In this document: piece after piece, positions 20,401 to 27,305 of the stretch
Layout of the letters: the number at the start of each line of letters is the position of its first letter
Numbering within the stretch: position 1 is the stretch's first letter
Assembly (NCBI GenBank): GCA_964565945.1
Contig: CAZMGY010000021.1
Span: 180,001 to 212,000 of the forward strand
From: an uncultured bacterium
Lineage (GTDB): Bacteria; GCA-001730085
Length of the DNA stretch: 32,000 nt
Direction of reading: 5' to 3'
Made by a program: the position numbers and the translations under genes
Notes under the pieces: model-generated
The model's input: only the letters and a program-made list of their open reading frames with translations
Database searches by the model: none
What the model was told of the DNA's origin: nothing

Positions 20401-20893
20401 CTTCGTTAACTCGAACGGATCCCTCGGCGATAATGGCAATATCTTGACCATAAATCATATCAATCTCTTGGTCGGCAGAAGCTGTATTGGTGAGGTTAAC
20501 GTTCCAATTCCATGCATTGTGTGTTTCGTCTAGCACCAGTTGGCATTGGTAAGAAATACCTTCGAATTCACCCGTCCAACAGGCTTGATTATTGGTTGTT
20601 GATAGGGAGGTTTGAACGGTGGGACCAAGCAAGGGTGCAAAAGCATAACGGTTATCTTGTTTGACACGTATGTAGATGTTATTAATGTTGCCATCAATGG
20701 GAGTACCGATCACCTGGTTAATCATAATGTCGGCTGCCGAAAGCTGAAAAGCTCCGCCGTGGTTGAAATATTTGAATGATAATTGTTGGTTATTTGTGAC
20801 TTCAATAATGTCAAGTTGACTTCGATCTTTAAACGTAACCATTACAGAACAAACCCTTATTTTTCCTAAAATTACATCTTTGACAAGGATCAT
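17414..20893 (-). CDS. large GH94-like glycoside phosphorylase (cellobiose/beta-glucan phosphorylase-type (alpha/alpha)6 enzyme)
   Basis: 1159-aa intact ORF. GGAWGLRDVCQG, ESHGDIIIWPLRALASYIEASNDFSFL, GEGDWDDTLQP (compare the catalytic GDWND of GH94) and GIQYVHAHIRYIEAM resemble the GH94 catalytic barrel as I recall it. An alternative start is ATG 20842 (MVTFKD). Confidence 0.6.
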   Translation of the reverse strand: MILVKDVILGKIRVCSVMVTFKDRSQLDIIEVTNNQQLSFKYFNHGGAFQLSAADIMINQVIGTPIDGNINNIYIRVKQDNRYAFAPLLGPTVQTSLSTTNNQACWTGEFEGISYQCQLVLDETHNAWNWNVNLTNTASADQEIDMIYGQDIAIIAEGSVRVNEAYCCQYIDHYIFSNAQGYTVASRQNQKTPPQGHPWLIQGCLQKTVGYVTDGFDFYGLSYKETGVPEALTQEKLISEKRQYEFAFIGLQTEAMTLKSKDSSSFNFFAHLEFDHPEATSDNDAQAIQEACLAAQQRLVAIDGEKQAPLSFSLFNSPSLINGENLNDQDLVSFFPGEHRHCEQNNNRLLSFFYDQHHYVSLKSKELLCERPHGHIIRSGQDLNPGNDQVLSSTNYMYGIFHSHVTIGNTSFNKFLSITRSPLNIFKSSGQRIFIERNGQWQLLNLPSAYEVAPDFTRWIYKLANDVITIKAWVSPKEPICHLEVQSNKNHTFLVSNNLTVGNNEWDNTIDVDIDPETFTVQARCSSDCLLKNTYPDASFYVTSATPDQIESIGDDAFINLDGQSQSWPYVVFKTKATQNFSLSITGDLFDPAKAKKRSQASAKTQPYFDQDHIDNMSFWTQTLGQNFSIELADNENVSKINDIVFWYLHNGMIHYSTPHGLEQFSGGAWGLRDVCQGPLELLLSMGHTKPVKEILKMVFQQQYVATADWPQWFMFDRYVKIQHAESHGDIIIWPLRALASYIEASNDFSFLKEKVPFMDHNTFELTREPVSILDHAKRTVEAIVAKFIPNTHLSCYGEGDWDDTLQPADESMCSNMVSTWSVALTYQSFGQLEQVVAKTSEKAFADRLNKLRSNIKKDFNQYLIKDGVVSGFIYFRENSSIDYMLHPSDKKLGLKYRLLPMTRSMIAELFEPAQMKDHLKIIEDHLDFPDGVHLMNEPVTYKGGPRLYFRRADEAANWGREIGIQYVHAHIRYIEAMCKIGASDKAYKAILKIIPITINKSVPNAILRQSNSYFSSSDGNFKDRYLAKKGFHKLKTGATQVKGGWRIYSSGPGIFNNQVISHFFGIRPSFDDLVLDPVLPVELNDVKLSRRIGSHDVDFYFHIQANACGLQRVLVNKQNIETQRENNPYRMGGLRISQPLLNKALTTKTNRIDIYMES

Positions 20894-20912
20894 TTTAACA
20901 AATATTTCATGC

Positions 20913-20941
20913 TTGGCAAAGTGCTTTTTGTTGGTTATGAT
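20913..20941 (+). promoter_or_regulatory. sigma-70-type promoter candidate for murJ
   Basis: TTGGCA, a 17-nt spacer, then TATGAT. It ends 27 nt upstream of the murJ ATG, in the divergent intergenic region. Confidence 0.4.
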
Positions 20942-20967
20942 CCTTTACGGAGAGGGAGTAATTGAAG

Positions 20968-22539
20968 ATGCAAGAGCAGAAAAATATTTTGAAATCGGCA
21001 GGAATTGTTAGTGCGGCCACTGCACTGAGCCGTGTTTTGGGACTTGCCCGCGATGTGATTACGGCTAACTTTTTTGGAACGAGCTTTGTGTACGATGCTT
21101 TTGTGGTGGCTTTTATGATTCCTAACTTCTTGAGAAGTTTTTTGGGAGAAGGTGTTCTTAATGCTGCTTTTATACCAGTTATTTCTTCTTATTTAGCTAA
21201 TGATAAGAGCAAAGAAGCGTTCTATGTGGCCAATATTGTGGTCAGTGTGGTAGGGAGTTTTTTGGCCCTGCTGGCGCTGGGACTCATCGTTGGGGCGGAA
21301 ATAATGTTAGGTTGGGTGGATGTTTCAGAGAAGTTAGCTCTAACTCTCCGTTTATTGCAGTGGATGTCTCCTTATATGATTTTTATTTGTGTGGCGGCGT
21401 TGATGATGGGAATTCTTAATGCGCATAAACATTTTTTGGTACCAGCCTTAGCCCCTGTGATTTTGAATGTTTGCTGGATTATTGCATTATTCGTTTGTTG
21501 TCCTTTATTCGGTGACTCTTTGGAGCAGCGCATTTTTGGTTTGGCTTTGGGTGTGTTATGTGCGGGCCTACTGCAGTTGGCGGTACATATTCCTATGGCA
21601 CGATCTTTGGGCTTTCGTATCACAAGATTGTCTTGGAATGTTCAGTATCCCGCGGTGAATAGGATTTGTCGTCTGATGATTCCTGTTATGATTGCCTTTA
21701 CCGTGAATCAGATCAATGTGATTGTCGATATTATATTGGCCCATATGTTGGGCGAAGGGATGCAGTCGGCCCTATGGTACTCGCAACGGATCATTTATTT
21801 CCCTTTAGGAGTTTTTGGGGTTGCCATGTCGGTGGCGATTATGCCTACGTTATCCTTGTTTGTAGCTCAACAAAAAAGGGACCTTATGAAAGACTCCTTG
21901 GTTTATGGTCTCAAAGTCGTTGTGATGATGGTGCTCCCTTGCGCGGTGGCAATTTTGGTTTTGCATCGCGAAATGATCAGTCTTTTTTATGAAAGAGGGT
22001 CTTTTGGGACATTATCGGTGCAGCATACGTCCTTGGCGCTGGTTTGTTATGGCGTGGGACTCGTGGCTTTTGCGGGCAATAAGCTTTTGGTTCCAGCCTA
22101 CTATGCGTTACAGGATACTCGTACGCCAGTGCGCATAGGATGTTACTGTGTTGGGCTTAATCTTGTGTTGAACCTTGTACTGATGGGGCCTCTTAAGCAG
22201 GGCGGTTTAGCTTTGGCCACGTCGCTAACTGCTTTTGTGAATATGGCTTTGTTATTTATGGGGCTAAAGGCTAATTTAGGTGCCTGGACAGGAACACGAC
22301 TGGGTCTATGTGTGATCAAAACCATGTGTGTGGGACTGGCGTATGCTGGGGTCAGTTATGGCGTCGTCTTATGGGTCGGCCATTGGCCATTAGAAGGGGT
22401 GGTTCACAAAATTGCTTTGGTGTTTATTCCTTTAATGGCTGGTTTTGGGGTGGCAGGGGCTTTATATTATGTCTGGGATATGAAAGAGTTATTTTTGTTA
22501 TTTCAGCGTTCTTCGAAAACAGGTAAGGAGGTGTCGTGA
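20968..22539 (+). CDS. murJ: lipid II flippase MurJ (MviN)
   Basis: N-terminal TALSRVLGLARDVITANFFGTS..YDAFVVAFMIPNFLRSFLGEGVLNAAFIPV is the MurJ signature. There are ~14 TM helices. ATG 20968 (GGGAG, 9-nt spacing) is preferred over the listed TTG 20962. Confidence 0.92.
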   Translation: MQEQKNILKSAGIVSAATALSRVLGLARDVITANFFGTSFVYDAFVVAFMIPNFLRSFLGEGVLNAAFIPVISSYLANDKSKEAFYVANIVVSVVGSFLALLALGLIVGAEIMLGWVDVSEKLALTLRLLQWMSPYMIFICVAALMMGILNAHKHFLVPALAPVILNVCWIIALFVCCPLFGDSLEQRIFGLALGVLCAGLLQLAVHIPMARSLGFRITRLSWNVQYPAVNRICRLMIPVMIAFTVNQINVIVDIILAHMLGEGMQSALWYSQRIIYFPLGVFGVAMSVAIMPTLSLFVAQQKRDLMKDSLVYGLKVVVMMVLPCAVAILVLHREMISLFYERGSFGTLSVQHTSLALVCYGVGLVAFAGNKLLVPAYYALQDTRTPVRIGCYCVGLNLVLNLVLMGPLKQGGLALATSLTAFVNMALLFMGLKANLGAWTGTRLGLCVIKTMCVGLAYAGVSYGVVLWVGHWPLEGVVHKIALVFIPLMAGFGVAGALYYVWDMKELFLLFQRSSKTGKEVS

Positions 22540-23282
22540 TGCGAGTGGCTTTGATTCAGATGATGGCGAACAATAATCTGCGACGGATTGAAGTGTTGCT
22601 AAAGTAAGCCCACTCTGAGGGAGCGAACGTGGCGTTGTTGCCAGAAACCTGTGTTTTTCGTGGAGCGATGGAGGATTATCCTAACGAGGTAGCTCATTAC
22701 GAAAAACTTCAACAGACCTTTGCCTCATTGGCTTGTAGTTTGAAGTTAGCCATTTATGTGGGATCATTGCACGAACCGTGCAATGATGAAAGTGGACTTT
22801 ATTGGAATACCGCGCTTTTTTATTCGTCGCAAGGAGAGTGTTTGGGGCGTTATCGCAAGCAGCATTTGTTTTGCTTAAAGAGTGCTGAGCTTTCTGTTGA
22901 TGAATCTCTTACATTTCGAACTGGGTACGATGATTGTGTGGTGGCCTACGACGATTGGCGTTGGGGCTTATCCATTTGTTTCGATCTCCGGTTTCCAGAA
23001 ATGTATCGTCGCTATCAAAGAAAAGGTGTAGAGATTCTTGTGGTTTCGGCTGTCTTTACTTATCAAACGGGAGAAGCGCATTGGGAAACGCTATTGAGAG
23101 CAAGGGCCATTGAAAACCTCTCGTTTGTAGTGGCCATAAATCAGGTTGGGACCGATGAACGAGGGGTTCGTGCCTATGGCCATACAATGGTTGTGTCTCC
23201 TTGGGGCGAAGTCCTATGTCGAATGGACGGAGAACAGGAAGGTCTTTGCGTCTGGGACCTCGATCGTCAAAAGCTTATCTAA
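22539..23282 (+). pseudogene. carbon-nitrogen hydrolase (nitrilase superfamily) gene interrupted by one in-frame TAA
   Basis: ATG 22539 overlaps the murJ stop (TGATG) and reads MRVALIQMMANNNLRRIEVLLK-TAA(22605-22607)-AHSEGANVALLPE in a single frame. The E-K-C triad contexts are intact (LLPE, YRKQHLF, LSICFDLRFPE). The listed ORF begins at GTG 22629. Confidence 0.75.
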
Positions 23283-23460
23283 GCCCATGCCTTGTTATCC
23301 TTGCCGTAAAAAACTTTGTCGATATTTTGAATAGGGGGAGGCTTGCCCAGGGTTTTGGACTTAGGCGTTTTCTTTATCTAAGTGCTAAAAGATTTGCTGT
23401 GCGAGGGGTTCCTAGTCCCAAAAAAGCTTACTCAGTTTAAAAGGTTGCTTAGGACTTAAA

Positions 23461-23483
23461 CAAGCGCAGTGTGCTTGCTTTTT
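23461..23483 (+). terminator. weak hairpin plus T-tract downstream of the nitrilase-family gene
   Basis: CAAGC-gcagtgt-GCTTG followed by CTTTTTG. The stem is only 5 bp, so this is tentative. Confidence 0.2.
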
Positions 23484-23575
23484 GTATTATCCAATAAGTA
23501 TACTTTACAAAGCATAAAGTGTAGATCTTATAGCAAACTATGGAATGTGTAGAATAAAAACTATAGAGTGGAAGG

Positions 23576-23604
23576 TTTACAAAATAATATATACTTTATA
23601 TAAT
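23576..23604 (+). promoter_or_regulatory. sigma-70-type promoter candidate for the merR-like / secretin cassette
   Basis: TTTACA, a 17-nt spacer, then TATAAT. It lies 60 nt upstream of the TTG start at 23664, in a 380-bp AT-rich non-coding region. Confidence 0.45.
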
Positions 23605-23663
23605 CTGTAACATTAATGGTGTGTCGAACGTTTGGGGTTGAGGGGTTCGGATCGAGGAGCTGA

Positions 23664-23930
23664 TTGTTGGAAAAATTGTACCGTATTGGGGAAATTATGG
23701 AATACAGTGGTTTGTCTCGGCAAACTGTGCATTTATATACGCAGATGCGCCTGATTCAAGAAAAGAAACGAACCCATTCTGGCTACCGGCTCTATGATGA
23801 ATACGTCTTTAAACAAATAGAAATCATCAAAGCCTTACAGGCCTTAGGTTATACCCTTTTAGAAATCAAAGATATCTGTGATCAGGGAAAAGTTAAGGAA
23901 GCATTCAAGAAACATGGGGTGAAGTTATGA
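23664..23930 (+). CDS. small MerR-family HTH regulator (DNA-binding domain plus short helix, no effector domain)
   Basis: YRIGEIMEYSGLSRQTVHLYTQMRLI....HSGYRLYDE....IEIIKALQALGYTLLEIKDI is the MerR winged-HTH pattern. The TTG start follows GAGGAG. The stop overlaps the next gene (ATGA). Confidence 0.8.
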   Translation: MLEKLYRIGEIMEYSGLSRQTVHLYTQMRLIQEKKRTHSGYRLYDEYVFKQIEIIKALQALGYTLLEIKDICDQGKVKEAFKKHGVKL

Positions 23931-25822
23931 GTAAACAAGATCTTCGTGGCCAAGTTTTGCTTAATGCAGGAGTGATCAATCAAGCGCAATTGGATAAAGC
24001 TCTAGAAATTCAAAAAGATAGTATGCAACGTATTGGGCATGTTTTGGTGGATGCTGGATTTATTTCGGAGGAGGAAATGTTATTGGCGATGGAGCGTCAG
24101 AGCGGCATCCCTTGGATCAAATTAAGACTATCGGATATTCAAGGCAGTGCCATTGCTTTGATGTCTCAAGATATTGCTCAACGTTATGCGTGTTGTCCCG
24201 TTAAAGAAGAAGGAGAGATCTTGACGGTAGCTATTTCGGATCCTTTATCGTACGAAGATATCGACGACATCCGCTTGGTTGTGAAAAAAGAGATCGAGCT
24301 TATTCTTGTTTCGGAGTCCAGTGTTTTAAGAGCGTTGAATCAATTTTACGAAATTGATCCGAAAGAGGTTTTTGCGACGATGACGCCCAAACCTCATGAG
24401 AGTGAAATAGTTGAGGTCGAAGAGGTTCTTGAGGATGTATCGCGAGAAGATAATATTGTACCAGTTGAGCTTGCGCCGTCTTCCGAAGTTGCTCCAGAGA
24501 TATTTTCCGAAGAACCTGTGGAGGAAGAGATTTCCGAAGTGGTGGTTGAACCTGAGCTTGTGTCTATTCCCGAAAGTGAATCCGAAACGGATACGGCACA
24601 AAACCTAATAGACGAGAGTGAAGAACCTGTTGCCACTGTGCCCGAGGTTAAAGAAACGCTTGTCGAAGAGCCCCTTGTTTGGCTGGACAAAATGGAGGAG
24701 CAGGATTTTTGGGATCTTGTTCTTGATGAGGTTGATTTAGCGAGTGATATTTATTTAGAAAATGACCCTGAAAATCTTAAAGTTCGCTATCGTGCGGATG
24801 GCGTGATTGTCAAAGAACAACTGATAAGCAAAAAGTCGCCCGTGTATCAAAAATATTGGGAGGTTTTGTTGAAATGGAATGCTCAGTCGATGCAAGGGCC
24901 TATTCAGTCTTTGTTTGCCAATGTTGGTCGTTTGCAAAGGCGAGTCAAGTTGACCTTTCTTTCGGATCGTTATGGACAGGATGTGCATTTGAAATGTTTA
25001 TTTTACGAAGAACCTGTGACGAGTTTTGATCACTTGGGACTGAATGAGTTTTGCCATCAGCAATTGGAAGCATTCTTGATGCGAAAAAAAGGTGTTCTCC
25101 TTTTGTTGGGCGATGCCGATTCGGGTTTGAGTACGACGCTTAGGGTGTTGGGACGATCTTTGTCGCAGCAAAAACGAAAGGTTCTTAGTTTTGAGCGTTT
25201 TATCGAATATGATGTTCCGGATATTTACCAATTTGAATCAGAGTCGTTTGAACTAGGGTATATCTATCAAGACATGAGTAAAATTTTCGATATTAATCCC
25301 GATGTTTTTATCTTTGCTAATTTGCCTCAGCCAGCCTGGGCACATTTTTTGCTTGAGGCTTCTTTTTCTGGGAAATTAGTTGTTTTAGGAATGAATGCAA
25401 AAAACCTTAATAGTGTTTTTGTCAAAATTGAAGAATTAGGCGTGCACAAAAACATTTTTATTAACGAGATTGATTGCGTGCTTCGCCAAAGTTTATTTCG
25501 TCTTAATTGTCCTGGATGTGGGGATATTGATGAAAAATCTTCCGAGCATGATATGAAGTATTTACTAGGGGAAGGTCTTTTCTATAAAGGGACTGGCTGT
25601 GAGTTATGTTATGCAACGGGTTATCAAGGGCGTCGAGCTATTTTTGATGTCTTGGAGGTTGATGAAGCTGTCAAAGAGTTGATGAAAAATGATATCACCG
25701 AAAAAGATATTAGTAAGATGCGTGCGGAGCAAGGTGGCGTTAGCTTGGCACAAGAGGCTGTCAGAATGATACAGGAACGGTACACGTCAATAGAGGAAGT
25801 TCAGAGAATTGGATTGGTTTAA
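23927..25822 (+). CDS. GspE/PilB-family protein with an N-terminal MshEN (T2SSE_N) domain and a catalytically degenerate ATPase core
   Basis: Tandem MshEN motifs occupy aa 6-58, followed by an acidic linker. ASDIYLENDPENLKVRYRADGV matches the N2 domain. The Walker A position reads GDADSGLS, Walker B reads PDVFIFANLPQ, and the His box reads SGKLVVLGMNAKN. The CPGC...CELC zinc motif is retained. Confidence 0.85.
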   Translation: MSKQDLRGQVLLNAGVINQAQLDKALEIQKDSMQRIGHVLVDAGFISEEEMLLAMERQSGIPWIKLRLSDIQGSAIALMSQDIAQRYACCPVKEEGEILTVAISDPLSYEDIDDIRLVVKKEIELILVSESSVLRALNQFYEIDPKEVFATMTPKPHESEIVEVEEVLEDVSREDNIVPVELAPSSEVAPEIFSEEPVEEEISEVVVEPELVSIPESESETDTAQNLIDESEEPVATVPEVKETLVEEPLVWLDKMEEQDFWDLVLDEVDLASDIYLENDPENLKVRYRADGVIVKEQLISKKSPVYQKYWEVLLKWNAQSMQGPIQSLFANVGRLQRRVKLTFLSDRYGQDVHLKCLFYEEPVTSFDHLGLNEFCHQQLEAFLMRKKGVLLLLGDADSGLSTTLRVLGRSLSQQKRKVLSFERFIEYDVPDIYQFESESFELGYIYQDMSKIFDINPDVFIFANLPQPAWAHFLLEASFSGKLVVLGMNAKNLNSVFVKIEELGVHKNIFINEIDCVLRQSLFRLNCPGCGDIDEKSSEHDMKYLLGEGLFYKGTGCELCYATGYQGRRAIFDVLEVDEAVKELMKNDITEKDISKMRAEQGGVSLAQEAVRMIQERYTSIEEVQRIGLV

Positions 25823-27305
25823 AAAGCTAAAACAGAAGCTTAAGTCGTTTAAGAAGATAGGTGTTTTCACTTATGTGGGATTGGATGTTTTAGAAACATC
25901 GTTCCCTCAGTATGTGGTTCTTCATAAGACGAAGAAAACATTCTCTTTGTACGATTGTGGGCGCATTTTTAATCGAGACGAAGTGTTGGGGAAGATTAAA
26001 GATCTTAATGTTAAAGTTGCTGTTTCAATCCCTCGAGATAAGGTGATTGTCCGTGTGATGGATATTTCTTATCAGGAATCGCAGAGTTTAGTTGAAGTGA
26101 TTATGGAGCATGCTGAACAGGCGGTTCCCTTTGCTTTAGGGGAATTGTTCTGGAAATATTTTATTATTAAGAAATCCAAAAATAAAGCGGTTGTTATTTT
26201 TTGTGCAGTGACCAAAGAAAAATCGAATCAGTATGCCCAAGAGCTTAAAGGCATGGGGCTTAAAAATGTAGTGATGACGGCATCCACCTTGTCTTATGTG
26301 AATACCTTCCTTTTTAATCATTGTGATGAGCTTTCGAACAAAAGTTACTTATTGGTTGATATTGGTATGCGGCAATTAGAGTTGTGCATTATCGAAGACG
26401 GTGTTCTTGTTTTGACGCGAAGCTTGAACCTCGGCATCGAATATATGTTGCGTATGCTTATGGATAAGTTCGATATTGATTTTCCTACAGCTCAAAAAGT
26501 TGTGTTTGGAGCACCTAAAAACAAAGAAGAACCTGAGGAGGAAACGCTTTTGAATGAAACGGTTGTACGTGAAGTTTTTCATGTTTGGACCGAGCGTGTC
26601 TTGCGCGAAATAGAGTTAGCGAAAAGGTTTTATGCTAGCAAATACGCCAAAAAAATCGACAGCTTAGTCATGAGCGGTTGCCCGATTCAATATGGTTACG
26701 ATTTGGATTATATTGCGAATGTGATGAGCAAGCACTTTGACCTAGAAACGATGCTGTTAGACCCTCTGAAAAATGCTATTTTGGATCACCAATCCCTTGT
26801 GCATCAAGAGGATTTGCAACAGATCAATAGCTTGGCGATTCCTATGGGCTTGGCGCTTCAGTTGGTTAAGCAAGCTCCTCTGATGATCAATTTGAATGGG
26901 CAAGACAAAGATATTCGTGAAGAGAGTTCTTATTGGTCACATATGGCGGGACAAAAAAACAAAGTTTTGGCCATAGGTGTTGGCATTATTTTGTGTGTGT
27001 TGGCAGCCCAGAGTTATTTTATTAAAAAATCTCAGATCAAGAAAAATAAAGTTCTCAAATCGGAATATGTCTTGAGTCAAAAACAAGCAGTGACCTTTAA
27101 AAAGAAAATAAAAAAGCAAAAAGAAAAATTGGGACGTATTCATATTCCTCAAAGTCTTTTTTTAGATGTTCATACCTATTTTTCTCAAAAGAAGCAGGAG
27201 GAGTCCACACTAAGGTATGAGAAGTATTTGTTTCAATCTGGGAAGGGGATTGTTTATGCCAAGGATGCCGAGGGGCAAGAAGTGATTGAAGAGGTGACGT
27301 TATGA
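25809..27305 (+). CDS. PilM-like actin-fold protein fused to a TM plus PilN-like tail (GspL-like architecture)
   Basis: The N-terminal ~370 aa show the PilM pattern (VGLDV..., AVPFALGELFWKY, LLVDIGMRQLELCII, SLVMSGCP). A single TM helix (VLAIGVGIILCVLAAQSYFI) and a ~100-aa Lys-rich tail follow. The TTG start overlaps the upstream gene by 14 nt. Confidence 0.65.
   Translation: MDWFKKLKQKLKSFKKIGVFTYVGLDVLETSFPQYVVLHKTKKTFSLYDCGRIFNRDEVLGKIKDLNVKVAVSIPRDKVIVRVMDISYQESQSLVEVIMEHAEQAVPFALGELFWKYFIIKKSKNKAVVIFCAVTKEKSNQYAQELKGMGLKNVVMTASTLSYVNTFLFNHCDELSNKSYLLVDIGMRQLELCIIEDGVLVLTRSLNLGIEYMLRMLMDKFDIDFPTAQKVVFGAPKNKEEPEEETLLNETVVREVFHVWTERVLREIELAKRFYASKYAKKIDSLVMSGCPIQYGYDLDYIANVMSKHFDLETMLLDPLKNAILDHQSLVHQEDLQQINSLAIPMGLALQLVKQAPLMINLNGQDKDIREESSYWSHMAGQKNKVLAIGVGIILCVLAAQSYFIKKSQIKKNKVLKSEYVLSQKQAVTFKKKIKKQKEKLGRIHIPQSLFLDVHTYFSQKKQEESTLRYEKYLFQSGKGIVYAKDAEGQEVIEEVTL

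Noticed and set aside
21596-21611. Sigma-54-like string TGGCACGATCTTTGGG
   Set aside because: It lies inside the murJ coding sequence, and the invariant -12 GC is GG. It is most likely a chance match.
22605-22607. Possibility that the in-frame TAA codons (here and at 16625-16627) reflect stop-codon reassignment
   Set aside because: TAA clearly terminates atpB, atpE, atpD and other genes at positions that match family lengths, and TAG and TGA are also used as stops. The GT4 gene additionally has frameshifts. Pseudogenisation or error is the simpler explanation.
23146-23440. Two small plus-strand ORFs (62 and 79 aa) spanning the nitrilase 3' end and the downstream spacer, checked as possible pilin or small-protein genes
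   Set aside because: They overlap the nitrilase-family gene in other frames. They have no prepilin-type leader (G/FTLIE), no hydrophobic N-terminal helix and no RBS.
24394-24690. 98-aa Ser/Thr-rich minus-strand ORF. ORFs 24326-24601 and 24411-24608 are similar.
   Set aside because: It is a mirror image of the GAA/GAG-rich acidic linker of the GspE-like gene. The compositional bias explains the open frame.
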